Positions 29,470-41,849 of a stretch of 64,000 bases of DNA are shown here, one piece after another. Under the pieces are notes generated by a model. That model was given only the letters and a program-made list of their open reading frames with translations. It did no database searches and had not been told where the DNA came from. The stretch comes from Felis catus. Its lineage: Eukaryota. Every line of letters starts with the position of its first letter. Position 1 is the stretch's first letter. Location of the stretch: contig NC_058368.1 in NCBI RefSeq assembly GCF_018350175.1, positions 101,372,001-101,436,000 on the forward strand, in the 5' to 3' direction. The position numbers were made by a program, and so were the translations under genes.

Positions 29470-30059
29470 AAGAATTATGGAGACAAGCTAACGGAAACAG
29501 AAGTTTGAAGGGGCTCTCGCTGCACAAATCAGGGACAAATAATGATAAATATTGTAACCCATTAAGCAAAAAGAACTCTAAGTCCACACTTGATAATGTC
29601 CCACAAAATATTAATTATAAGTGAAGGAAAGAAAAAGTAACAGGCATACGCTACCTGAATCATAACCAAAGTGGACATCACCAGTAATGGAACAAATCAA
29701 AGTTGTGTGCTGATAGGATGCAGTGAAAAAGAACAAAAGCATCACTTCTCTGATCCTCCTGCCAAAGATCTAGAACCTAAATCTAATACCAGATGAACCC
29801 CAACAGTACAGGGGGGGCAGGCTCACCAAAGACTGAGACTTCATCACAGGACTACAAAACCCCTCCCTCTCCTTCACCTCTAAATTACCTAAGACCTGTT
29901 TTCTTCTTACCCAGGGTATCACGTCCACTTTTCAACACAACAGTACAAGGCACACTAAAAAGCAAAACAAAAAAACAAAACAACCCAAGCTTCTCTTTCA
30001 GGAAAATAAAATAAGAGCAGCACATTTTTGCAGATCAAATTCAGTCAGCAGAGAAAGAG

Positions 30060-31050
30060 ACCTAATAAAAACCGAAAGCTGGCTCTCTGAAAACATCAAT
30101 AAAATCAGTAAGCATTTAGCCAAGTTACCAAGAGAAAAAGAGAGAAAATACAAATTCCTAATATCCGAAATAAAAAGAGAATCACTCTACAGTCCATAGA
30201 CATTAAAAGGATACTGAAGGAATGTTACACGAACAACTTTTTATCCACAGATTGGATCGCCTGTAAGAAATGGGCCGACTCCCTTGAAAGACACAGTCTG
30301 CCAAAAGTCACACAGGAAGAAACACACAATCCAGACAGGCCTATATCATTTCGTGAAATTGAATCAATAACAACTTTACACAACAGAAAGTACCAGACCC
30401 TGATGACTTTACTGGTGAATCCTACCCAACATTCAAGGAAGAAAGACCAATTCTCCACCATCTTTTTCAGACAACGGAAGCAGAAGAAATAATCCCTAAC
30501 TCATTCTATGATGCCAGCATTTAAAACCCTGATGTCTAAAACCAGACCCAGACATTACCCAACAAGAACACAAGAGACCACTAGCTCTCATTAACATACA
30601 TGCACAGATTCTCAACAACCTATTGGCCACGTGAATCCAACAACGTATAAAAAGAACCATACACCACAACCAAATGAGATTTTTTTCAGGTACGCAAGAC
30701 TAGTTCAACATTCAAAAATCTGCTAATATAATCCATCATATCACAAACTAAAGAAGAACAACCACCTGATGGTATCAAAAGATGCAGAAAAAGCATCTGA
30801 CAAAATCCCACACTCGGTAATGATGAAACACCTTCAGCAGACAACTAGAGAGTAACTTCTTCGACTTGATAAAGAACATCCATAAAAATCCTCCAGAAAC
30901 AAGGCAAGGAGATCCCCTTTCATCACAGCTTTGTGGTGCCAGACTACACGTCCTGACAAACGCAGGAAGATAAGCAAAGGAAACAAAGGCATGCCAACTG
31001 GGAATAAAGACATGATATGGTCTTTGTCTGCAAATGATGCAAAGTCTATT
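30060..31050 (+). mobile_element. Older L1M ORF2 fragment
   Basis: Diverged paralogue of 28100-29260 (AGCTGGCTCTCTGAAAACATCAATAAA; GATGCAGAAAAAGCATCTGACAAAAT). Confidence 0.85.
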
Positions 31051-31055
31051 CCCAG

Positions 31056-31359
31056 CAGAATCAGACCTATAAATACACAAGGAACAAACTGGTGGCTGCC
31101 AGAGGGAAGGGGGGCGGTGGCCACAACGAATGAAGGGGAATGGGAGGTACAGGCTTCCGGTTACGGAAGGAGTAAGTCACAAGGATGCAAGTCACATCAC
31201 AGGAACACAGCGATGTTATTATGACAGCCGTACGGTGACACGGGGTCTCTACACTTGTGCTGAGCACAGCATCACGAACAGACTGGTCAAATCACTATGT
31301 CGTACGCTTGAAACCATTAGGACATTTTACATCAACTGTACTTCGGTGAAAAAAAAAAA
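31056..31359 (+). mobile_element. L1 3' UTR fragment (carnivore/L1MA-like) with A tail
   Basis: Typical L1 3' UTR (AACAAACTGGTGGCTGCCAGAGGG...CAACTGTACTTC) plus poly-A. Confidence 0.75.
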
Positions 31360-31750
31360 CAAGTGTTTGTCAGAGTTAGGCAGAAAGGAGGGAGAAATGG
31401 CACAGACGGGTTTCAGGGCAGTGATACTGTGGGAAACTACAGTCATAGACATAGGTGATTACTCGTCTGTCAAAACTTACAGAACATAAAACGCCAAAAA
31501 TAAGTGCTAATGTCAACTGTGGACTCCGGGTGATAAGTGATTGGCTCATGTGGGCTCATCACTTTTAACATGTGGCCCCTCTGGCCGGGGAGGTGGACAG
31601 TGGGGCGGCTGTGTGGCTGAGGAGACCGAGGTCCACAGCAACACTCTGCATTTGACACTCAATTTTTCTGGGAACCTAAAACCACTCTAAAATAAAGTTT
31701 ATTAATAACAAAAAAAAAAAAAAAAGAAAAAGAAAAAAGAAAAAACAAGG
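31360..31750 (+). mobile_element. L1MC-like 3' end with A-rich tail
   Basis: CTAATGTCAACTGTGGACT...CTCAATTTTTCTGGGAACCTAAAACCACTCTAAAATAAAGT then A-rich tail. Confidence 0.7.
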
Positions 31751-32111
31751 AAAGAAAAATATGAAGGTGTGGTTAACAAGTGAGCGAAGAGAGAACAGCG
31801 TTAACTGTTTGGCTTTCTTGTGCTCATCCTAGGAAGAAAATTTTCCTAAACAGCCATCCTTAAGAATACACAATTGTGCTTTGTCATATACCAAATAAAG
31901 AAAGGAAAATCTTGTCTATTTCTAGCTCTTCTCTAGGAAGAGTTAGAGCAGTGCTGCACATTTAACAATACGACAACATCTGTCGGAGGCACCAGAGTAA
32001 AATGTGTTTACACTCCTGCGTGTATTTTCCTATCACACCACCCACCGCTCCTGAAGCTCTAGTCCCCAGAAGCAACTTTTCAGACGACGTCCTTAGAAAT
32101 GACGCACAAAC

Positions 32112-32253
32112 CTTTTCCATCTCGAGGGGGGGCTCCTTTTGCTTTAAAACTATCCACTGGCGCCTTGGTGTCTGTTTCCAAACCAATGCTTATCTGTATC
32201 TCCGACTTGAACTTGGTGTATTTATTACTCAACAGCTGGTACCATTTTGGCGC
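32112..32253 (-). CDS. CEP120: CEP120 coding exon 4 ([47 protein letters not shown])
   Basis: Acceptor ATCCAG|, donor AAG|GTTTGT; 142 nt. Confidence 0.97.
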
Positions 32254-32461
32254 CTGGATAGTAACAACAAAACAAAAACACGTTAATAATTAATAGGAAA
32301 CAAACAATAGTGGGAAATGTCCTATAAGCTTCCAAATATATTTCCTGTAGTTCCTTAGCACTTTCTCCTCTTTTAAAGTATTTTTCACATTTTCCTCAAA
32401 AGAATCTAATCCTGCTTAGGAAACTAGCTGTATTTCCTCTTAAAAAAAAATAAGAAGTTTA

Positions 32462-32688
32462 GGGGGACCTAGGTGGCTCAGTTGGTTAAGCGTCTGACTT
32501 CGGCTCAGGTCATGATCTCACCATTCATGAGTCTGTGTCCCATGTCGGGCTCTGTGCTGACAGCTCAGAGCCTGGAGCCTGCTTCGGATTCTGTGTCTCC
32601 CTCTCTCTCTGCCTCTCCCCCACGTGCACTCTGTCTCTCTCTCTCTCTCTCTCAAAAATAAATATTAAAAACATAAAATGAAAATAAA
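32462..32688 (+). mobile_element. CanSINE
   Basis: TSD AAGTTTAG. Confidence 0.93.
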
Positions 32689-33101
32689 AAGTTTAGACTA
32701 CCAATTTTCCCTTTCCCTAACCCCTAATTTGTCACTTTTTCTGGTATATACCTTTGCTGCCTGCCACATTTCTGCTTTGTCCTACATATACCAAATGTGC
32801 AGGGAGCTATTGTTAACAAAAAGACACTAACAAAATACTGAAGGAAAGACCCAAGGTAGAGCTCTGGGTTATGAACCACATACTTGGCTGAAATATAAAG
32901 GCTTTCTCACAGGATAAAGTATAAATTACCTCAATATCCTGGCCACAGCAATTTGAGAAATTCTAATACTCAAACCAGCCTGCACAATCTCATGGCCCAG
33001 AACTGCATGTTCCATTAATGCAGGGACACCATTTCAATTCATAGAAACAGCGATCCTACTCTAACCACTATGATATAAAGACATAGAAACTGATCTTTAT
33101 A

Positions 33102-33320
33102 GGGGCGCCTGGGTGGCTCAGTTGGTTAAGCGACCGACTTCCGCTCAGGTCATGATCTCGCAGTTTGTGAGTTTGAGCCCTGCGTCAGGCTCTGTGCTGA
33201 CAGCTCAGAGCCTGGAGCCTGCTTCAGATTCTATGTCTCCCCCTCTCTCTACCCCTCCCCTGCTCACACTCTGTGTCTGTCTCTCAATAATAAATAAATG
33301 TTAAAATTTTTTTTTTTTTA
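33102..33320 (+). mobile_element. CanSINE
   Basis: TSD AGAAACTG(A/G)TCTTTA. Confidence 0.93.
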
Positions 33321-34322
33321 AAGAAACTGGTCTTTAAGAAGATCAAAACCAAAAACTTCTGGTAAGTAAAATAAGCCTAAGCCATCATTTTTGGGTTTTT
33401 TTGTTGTTGTTGTTGTTTTTTTAAATCCACACCCAAGGTTTTTAAAAGAAAAACTCATAATCTGTTGTGTATTTTTTTTATGATGGATATATTACAATTT
33501 TAAGAATAAACCTGAAAAAGAGTTTTAGCTACTCAGGGAATTTATGCTATGTTTTTCTGTTTTAGAACTTGGAAAAACAAAGCTTATTTTTTTGTGTTTC
33601 TTTTCATTTACAGATAATCAATTTATTCTAAACTTCAAATATTCTACGCACCAACTTCAGAGAGTTCTATTAATAAACAGGAGTGATTAAGACAACATCT
33701 GCCTTTCTTAAAAGCCTTAATTCTGAAACATTTCCCCTGAACTCTGTTAATGATAAGAAGCAAATGTAATGACAAAAGCGTCCTACAGGACCAGACAGGG
33801 CAGGTGGGACAGGGGCAGAAAGGAATGCCACGTGCATTTACAGCTATCCTCCTCCGAAAAGGATTACCTTCTGTGTAACCAAAGCAACCACAAAAGGATC
33901 CTGTGCAGGTTGTAGCACAGCTAGGTAAGAGATACATCAGGGGCATGATCGTGGCTCCTGGTTGAGGGGCTAAGACTTCAGAAAGAAAACCTCTTCAGAA
34001 CCTAAGGACAGAGAGGTGAGGAGTACCCAAGGAGGGAGGAGAAACAGATTCCCTTTTAGAGAACTTTTTAAATTCCCATTTCTTTTGAAGGATTCCAAAT
34101 GTGGGCTAAGCTAACTGGCTCCTTTGTAAATACCGTGGCTATGAGTAGTGAACATGTTGCTAAGAGATCAGTTTTTCTTCAGAGAATCCTAATTTAGGAT
34201 TCAAATCAAGAATCAAAGACTTCAAAAGTAAGTTTATTTGTTTTTGTTTAAGTGACAAAACAAAGTTATTATGAACCATTCAAAGTATTTCCAAAGTCAG
34301 TAACATAAAAAAAGGTGAGAAA

Positions 34323-34468
34323 AGGCGTGCGTGGGTGACTCAGCTGGTTAGGCGTCTGTTGATTTCAGGTCTGGTGATGAGTACGGAGACTGCTGGGATT
34401 CTCTCTCTCCCTCACTCTCTCTCTCTCTCTCTCAATATAAATATATAAACTTGAAGGGAAAAAAAAGA
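34323..34468 (+). mobile_element. Degenerate CanSINE
   Basis: Partial head, (CT)n, tail. Confidence 0.75.
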
Positions 34469-35171
34469 TTGGTAGATATTTTAAAAGAGAAAAGAAACAT
34501 TTTCAGTAACAAAAAGCACTGACGTAGGAATCGAGACCCTGAATTATTTTTCCTTCCTTATGTGTGTGCTCCTGGCAAGGCTGCTGTTTGTGTCCCATAA
34601 GTGTATTTCACTGAGCTCACGTGTTCTGACTGCTACACACGGAAGGAATGGGAAGCAGGGGAAGGAATCAGAAGGCTACTAGCACAGCCAAGGTTAAGAA
34701 AGGACGGTGCCTTAGGCTGGGATCGCAACGGCGAAAAGGTACAACGGGAGCTGGATCAGGAAGGGGTCGCCGCAGGCCTGAAACCAACTGGAAAAGAATG
34801 GCTACGGAGGCCGGAAATGGAGGCCGTCTGGCGTGCGTACCTGGAAGAGGGTGCCGTTCACCAGAGCAGGGCAAGCGGCAAAAGCACTACCTCTGAAAGC
34901 AAAGCTGGGCAGCCGAACATGCTGAGCTCCAGGTCACAGCGATGCGGCCGAACGTCTGAGCTCAGAGAGAATTTTCTTTGAGAAAGGTCGTTCTAGGTCA
35001 AAGAAATGACCAAAATATTGGGACTTTCTAAATCAAATACCTAAAGTGAAACCTCAGAATCGCCACACCGACTCAGACCCTCGCCCTTTCAGGTCCCGTA
35101 CCACCGGTTCCTTCCATCAATGGGTTATCTACGGAAAATCCGCACCTAACGTCATCGGTAACAACACATCA

Positions 35172-35318
<147 letters not shown>

Positions 35319-36564
35319 TTATAGACGAACTAGCTTCTGCATAATATTGAGCTGATGTTCTGCTAGTTTTGATAAGCTGTCTGCTACTAGCAAGACAACT
35401 ATAATTCTTTCGGATAATCTCTATTTTCTGCAAAACTTCAACTGACATGAACTATTCATCATGCCTATTTATCTTTACACCAAGTAATACTACAACCACA
35501 TCAAAAATCTTGGTCTCTCTCATCTGAGGAGCTATGCTGTAGGTCAGTGCTTTTCAAGCTTCTCTACCATACAGAACTCTTTAAAAGTTAATAAATTAAA
35601 ATTGAACATGAATCTTCAAGATTGATTTTAAATTATCTTTACACTGTCAGACACACATAAAACTACCAATACACATATATGCTTAAAGCTCTTTTTGTCA
35701 CTAAAATGATGAAATCAACTTCAGAATTAAATACCATAAAATCACAGACTATTGAAAGTAATAATTCATTGTAATACACAACAATGTTCTGTAAGCATGA
35801 CCTTGGCTGGTATAGTAGGGGTTCTTGAGAGTCTGAAACCTCTATACTGGCTCATACATAAGCTCATTAGATTCGAACATCACTGTTACCTAATGGAATG
35901 ACTATAAAACTTGCACTTGGCATACAGTCATTTATATACATGCAATTTATCTGTGTTCTTTTCTCAGCCTCCAACACGCAGAGTGGTACCACTTGGCATT
36001 AACACAACCGTGAACACTGCGGGCACTAATACCTCCTATCAGGACTCTGTGCAGATATTCCAGAAGTCACTGAACACTAAGAATTTAATGCCCTTGCAAA
36101 TCCCCCAAACAAATCCATGGACCGATTTGGCCACATAAGAAAATAAATTTCTCCTTACATTGACTTTTTAACTTCGTAATTTTATTTGCTTTAGTCCTAA
36201 GACACACCAATGAATGAAGTGATTCTGTGCTTTTCAGAAAAAAATTCTTTTTAAAACAGAAGTAGCCACATTCTTGCCTGTTTCGAGTCATCTGAGTTCA
36301 TGAAATAAGAGGCTGTAGCTTTAAGCCTGTTTTATGTACTGATATGAAGTGTTTAAAGGGCTAAAATTAAGTATAAAATTTATTAGAGACCCTTACGTAA
36401 TTACTATACACATATCTCTACATATCCTTAGCAAGCCAGATAAAGTTATGATAAAGGAAGTAATAGAAATTACAGTGAATTCCAACCCATGTTTAATATT
36501 GGGTAGCTATCATTACAGCACGTCTCGAGTATCCTCTCAGACATCAGGAAAAAAAAAAACGCTA

Positions 36565-36810
36565 CGTGTAATGGTTAAAAACTTAGGCTCTAGAACTCAA
36601 ATGGCTGGGCTCTACCATTATCCAGCTGACTGCCTTGTAACAGGTTACTTACCTTCTTAGGCCTCAGTTTTTTCATCTGTAATTGGGCGAATTCCTAACA
36701 CCCACTTCATAGGATTGTCTTGATGTTCAAATGAATTACTATTGCAAAGTACTTTGAAAACTTCCTAGCACATGAGAAAACCACTAAACAAGTATCATCA
36801 TTGTTACTAT
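36565..36810 (+). mobile_element. MIR SINE
   Basis: MIR core GGTTACTTACCTTCTTAGGCCTCAGTTTTTTCATCTGTAATTGGG. Confidence 0.75.
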
Positions 36811-36885
36811 AATCTAGAAAGTTAGAGATTTATTCATCTCTAGCAGCCTAAAACCTAGAGCAAAACAAATGGAAAACAACAGTCA

Positions 36886-37056
<171 letters not shown>

Positions 37057-37234
37057 CTATACAGGTTAATCAGAACTGTACAAAAATCAACTATGATCTT
37101 TTAGCACTTTTTAAAAATACACATTAGGAGTTGTTGACTTATATAGTCCACTAACTACCTACTAATGTGTACTCTCACGTACAAATTCATGATTCATAAG
37201 AAAGAATCAAACTGAAAGCTACAATTTGTAAATT

Positions 37235-37600
37235 AGTGATTTCAAAACATTAACGTGCACATGAATCACCTGGGGACTCTGTTAAAATGTAGATTATGGT
37301 TCACTAGTCGAGGCTGAGAGGCTTTTTTTTTTAAACATTTATTCATTTTTGAGAGACACAGTGTGAGTGGGGGAGGGGCAGAGAGGAAGACACAGAATCG
37401 GAAGCAGGCTCCAGACTCCAAGCTGTCAGCACAGAGCCCGATTTGGGGCTCGAACTCACAGACCATGAGAGCAGGACCTGAGCTGAAGTCAGAAGCCCAA
37501 CTGACTCAGCCACCCAGGTGCCCTCTGAGGGGCACATTTCTAACAAACCCCCACATGATGTCAATGCTATTGTCCTTGATTCACGCTTTGAGCAGCAACG
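37235..37600. mobile_element. MER5A-like hAT DNA transposon split by a SINE (37323-37524)
   Basis: GAATCACCTGGGGACTCTGTTAAAATGTAGATT...CATTTCTAACAAACCCCCACATGATG...CTTTGAGCAGCAA. Confidence 0.75.
37323..37524 (-). mobile_element. CanSINE inside MER5A
   Basis: TSD CTGAG(A/G)GGC. Confidence 0.9.
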
Positions 37601-38100
37601 ATCTCATGACGTTTAGAAGAAAAATGTGATTCCACTAATTTTAGATATTACTGTATCAGAAGTTAAAATGGAACAGTCAAGTCTTCTGGAGAGCTGGGAA
37701 ATAACCCAATAAGCAAAAGCCAACCAACATGCATCATAATTTTCCTGTTAACACAGTTAGGAACACTCAGCAAATCAGCCCAAGAAAAACAGACACACGT
37801 ATTCATTCATTCAAATCTCAAGGATAATGTTGTCAATCATTTTAAAAATATTCTGTCTACCTATCACTTTTCCCTGGTACTGCGTGACCCCCTTCTTTCA
37901 CCGTTTACTAAAGGCATTATCAGAGTCAGGTATTCTCTATGTCAAACGATGGGGTACAAACAAGAGTAAAACAGAGTACATCGCCTCAAGGAATTGAGGG
38001 TCTAGTGGAAAGAAGCAAACTGAAAACAGTGCCAACAGGAAGCTAAAAACTAGGGAAGAATCTCACAGTCACCCTGTTTGTAGGTCTGGTGCAGGGCATG

Positions 38101-38124
38101 GTGTTGAGACACGTGTCTCAACAC
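38101..38124. repeat. Perfect 24-bp palindrome
   Basis: GTGTTGAGACAC|GTGTCTCAACAC. Confidence 0.97.
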
Positions 38125-38635
38125 GTTTTGACCGATATTAAATAAATACATCCCAGCTGCTACTCACCCTGCTACACTCTTCTCAGTAGGAAGTAAAGGG
38201 GTCAGAGAGATTCTTGATTGCAATCCTCTTTCAACCTGAAGCTCTCGCTTCAAACTCCCCATTTGGGAGTCTTAGTACAAGTGTCTTAGCAGGGGTCTCC
38301 CAATTAGCACTTACAGGGGCCTCTCTCTGGACATCATTTTGAGCTGCTCTAAAAGATCATGGGGTTCCCCAAATGCATTTCATGTCTGTCAGAAAGCCTG
38401 TATTCTCAGTCACACCATCATAACCATACCATCCAGTTAGCCTGAGAACAGAGGATATGCACTGCAACGAAGGGGTGCCTCCCTCACTCCAAAGACAATA
38501 CCTTGCGAACAGAAACCTTGTCTTTTTCATCCATGGATTCCGGCACATAGCCCAAATTTGGCTCACGGTAGAAACCTCATCATTTTCTTTTGAATAATGG
38601 GCATTTCTAGAAGTGTAGTCAAGAAACTGCACGTT

Positions 38636-38860
38636 GGGGCGCCTGGGTGGCGCAGTCGGTTAAGCGTCCGACTTCAGCCAGGTCACGATCTCGCGGTCCG
38701 TGAGTTCGAGCCCCGCGTCAGGCTCTGGGCTGACGGCTCAGAGCCTGGAGCCTGTTTCCGGTTCTGTGTCTCCCTCTCTCTCTGCCCCTCCCCCGTTCAT
38801 GCTCTGTCTCTCTCTGTCCCAAAAATAAATAAACGTTGAAAAAAAAAAATTAAAAAAAAA
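38636..38860 (+). mobile_element. Young SINEC_Fc-type SINE
   Basis: Near-consensus, CpGs intact; TSD AAAC(T/G)GCACGT. Confidence 0.96.
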
Positions 38861-38884
38861 AAAACGGCACGTAGCTCAAAATAA

Positions 38885-39420
38885 CTGAAGAGATGGGGAC
38901 GTAGGGACAGATGGCAAGAGAGAAGAAGAAGCTGAAAAGGCAGGCAAGAGGCATACCGTGAAGGGCCATGAATGCTGTTCTAGAAAGTACAGACCTTATC
39001 CTTTAGGAAACTGTAGGATTTTTAAGACAATTCAATTCGCATTTCAGAAAGATTACCCCAAGATGGTAATGTGAACAATAGACATTCTCTGGAAAGGGGG
39101 GAAAATTTTTTATGAAACAGACCACTGAAAAGATTACTACAAGAGACCAAGCGCATCATGAGGGGGCTCCAAGCGGGGCACTCACAGTGGAAACTTCCTC
39201 ATTTAAAAGTTTCCATGAAGCACCTCGCATGATTTTAGCAACAAAGCTTGGTGACCATCTGGAAGAAGGGGATGGAGAAGGAACCAGGAAGATGAAGAGT
39301 CCCAGGTTCTGGGCTTGAGGCAACAGCATGGTTATGATGAATGGAAACACAAACACAAACACAAAAGGAGACAGTTTGCACGGAGGTCCATGGTCCGGTT
39401 TTAGGTATGTTTAGGGCAAC
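38885..39420 (-). mobile_element. L2 LINE fragment (antisense)
   Basis: GCATTTCAGAAAGATTACCCC; CCCAGGTTCTGGGCTTGAGG...GGTTATGATG. Confidence 0.6.
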
Positions 39421-39715
39421 ACCTAACCGACAGCCCTGAATCGAGGTTCTCTTCTCTGCACACCGATACTAAACTTGCAGATAATGCTCTCCTACTTAGA
39501 AATATAGGCTGCCTCCCTATTTTTTAGAACATTGAACTCCTTGGCTTTCAAAATCCTGCAAGGCCTGCTCACTCCAGCTACACAAGCTTATTTGACCAGA
39601 GTATTCCTCAATGTTCACCTCCCTTGACCCTGGTCATCTTGCGGGACCTCTTCATCATTCCATCCACCAAAATTACTCCATCATTGGCCTGGGGTTTGTT
39701 TTTTATTTTCCGTTT

Positions 39716-39892
39716 TTCTTAAGTTTATTTATGTATTGTGAGAGAGAAGCAGAGGGAGAGGGAGAGAGAATTCCAAGCAGGCTCCGCACTGTCAGCGCAG
39801 AGACGTGGTTTGAACTCATGAAATGAGAGATGATGAGCTGAGCAGAAAGCAAGAGGCAGGCAGTTAATGGACTGAGCTACCCAGGCACCCCT
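39716..39892 (-). mobile_element. CanSINE
   Basis: Reverse head ...CTACCCAGGCACCCC. Confidence 0.85.
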
Positions 39893-40201
39893 TGCCTGGG
39901 TTGATCTAACGGCCAGCAAGGACTTCCTCCCATCATTACCTAACTACTCAAAGCCCTTAAGCCATCATCCCCACCCACCCCCAAAACCAATGTTTACAGC
40001 CCACATCCCATATTTTTAATATTATACTGCACTCCAACATACTGTGTCCTGCCTGTGAATTTGATCTTCTGAGGAAGACAGAATCCTACATCCTTGAAGG
40101 GAAAGAACGTGCCTTTTATTTGGGTTTCCTCATAGGAGGGAGCAAGTACCAAGTCCAGAAGCTTTTGTTGACCAATTACAAGGGGATTTCAGCCCTCTGT
40201 C

Positions 40202-40449
40202 TTTTTTTTTTCTTTTATTTATTTATTTTTTTTTATTTTTTTTTCAACGTTTTTATTTATTTTTGGGACAGAGAGAGACAGAGCTTGAACGGGGGAGGGG
40301 CAGAGAGAGAGGGAGACACAGAATAGGAAACAGGCTCCAGGCTCTGAGCCATCAGCCCAGAGCCCGACGCGGGGCTCGAACTCCCGGAGCGCGAGATCGT
40401 GACCTGGCTGAAGTCGGACGCTTAACCGACTACGCCATCCAGGTGCCCC
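40202..40449 (-). mobile_element. Young SINEC_Fc-type SINE
   Basis: TSD AGCCCTCTGTCTTT. Confidence 0.95.
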
Positions 40450-40695
40450 AAGCCCTCTGTCTTTAAACAATCAGTAAGAGAACAGCTAAAAATGCTGCCC
40501 CAACAATTTTGGGGTTCTGGTCAGTTTTCTGTGCCAAAAGCCATTACCACTCATTCCCTCTTACCACCCACCCCCCCAAATAGTACCAGGCCTCCACAAA
40601 ATATCTCCAATGGTGGGGGAGGGGGGCGGAAGGCAGCCATTCCTCAGGCCCAACTCGAGGACTGCTGTGATCAGATTATTCAAAACCCATCTTCT

Positions 40696-40914
40696 TTTTT
40701 TTTTTTTTTTAACGTTTATTCATTTTTGAGACAGAGAGAGACAGAGCATGAACAGGGGAGGGGCAGAGAGAGAGGGAGACACAGAATCTGAAACAGGCTC
40801 CAGGCTCTGAGCTGTCAGCCCAGAGCCTGACGCGGGGCTCGAACTCACGGAGCATGAGATCATGACCTGAGCCGAAGTCGGTCGCTTAACCGACCAAGCC
40901 ACCCAGGCGCCCCT
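40696..40914 (-). mobile_element. CanSINE (felid type)
   Basis: TSD TCAAAACCCA(T/C)CTTC. Confidence 0.94.
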
Positions 40915-40949
40915 CAAAACCCACCTTCAACTCACCTAGCAATTCCTAC

Positions 40950-41320
40950 TCCCTCCACTTGCCTGCAGCTTCTCTCCAACCACAATGAATTTAAGCAAGG
41001 GCAGAATGCGCCTGGCCTTTCCACACCTTAAGGGTTCTTTCCTCTTCCCTTTGCCTGGAAAGCCCACCCTTCCCCTTTTCCCCTGACACATTCCTACTCA
41101 TCCTTTAGGACCCAAATAAATGTCACCTCCTCCGGGAAATTTTCCCCAGAGCTGGTCTTTCCTTCTCCCACACCCTGATGAACTATACACATTCTCCAGG
41201 CTATATTGTTTACTTAGGTTTTAGGACCCGGGCTGTTTTACCCCTACATTCCCAGCACAGTGCCTGACACTCCAAGAGCCTGCAATAAACAAAGGTCACT
41301 CCTTCAACACACCAAACTTC
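40950..41320 (+). mobile_element. L2 3' end
   Basis: CCTTTGCCTGGAAAGCCC...CCTACTCATCCTTTAGGACCCAAATAAATGTCACCTCC...CCCAGCACAGTGCCTGACAC. Confidence 0.75.
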
Positions 41321-41800
41321 TAGGAACGTATATAAGAGACCGTCTTGACAACTACTCCTCCTAAGTCCCCTATCAAGACAGTAAAGGGAACGGCCCCCGT
41401 AACACTTCAAACTGCAGGAAATAGGGATTCGAGTCGAAAGCAAAGCTCTCACAAATGGGATCACCGGGAGGCCCCTGAACAGAACGTGCTTTCCAGGCAC
41501 CTTAGCTCACGAGTAAAAGTCATCGACGTGCTGCTTCTGATGGAAATCGTTTTTCCTACGTTCTCTGGGGCTCCGGCTATTCACGCTAAATATCACCTAT
41601 CCCTAATAGCTCTCACGCTCCCTTGAGAGGTTTCTAAATCAATCGCCTAACAGGCCTCAGGAAGTCCAACTTTGAACAAGTCTTGCGGGACTGCAAAAGC
41701 AAAGATGACAGGGTTCGTAAGGTTAACAAAGTCTCAGTCGCACGCCACTTGGTTAAGTAAGGAGGCTGCAGGTGCAAATGCAAGCCCCTTGGCCGCTCAC

Positions 41801-41849
41801 CTTCTAGGATGGATACGACGATGAGCAGTTGGTCGGACTTGGAGACCAT
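41801..41849 (-). CDS. CEP120: CEP120 coding exon 1 (MVSKSDQLLIVVSILE-G)
   Basis: ATG at 41849-41847 in strong Kozak context (GCGACCATGG); matches the CEP120 N-terminus; donor G|GTGAGC; 49 nt. Confidence 0.97.

Noticed and set aside
27065..31050. Possible active reverse transcriptase or novel RT system
   Set aside because: Standard L1 ORF2 remnants broken by stops, frameshifts and a nested SINE
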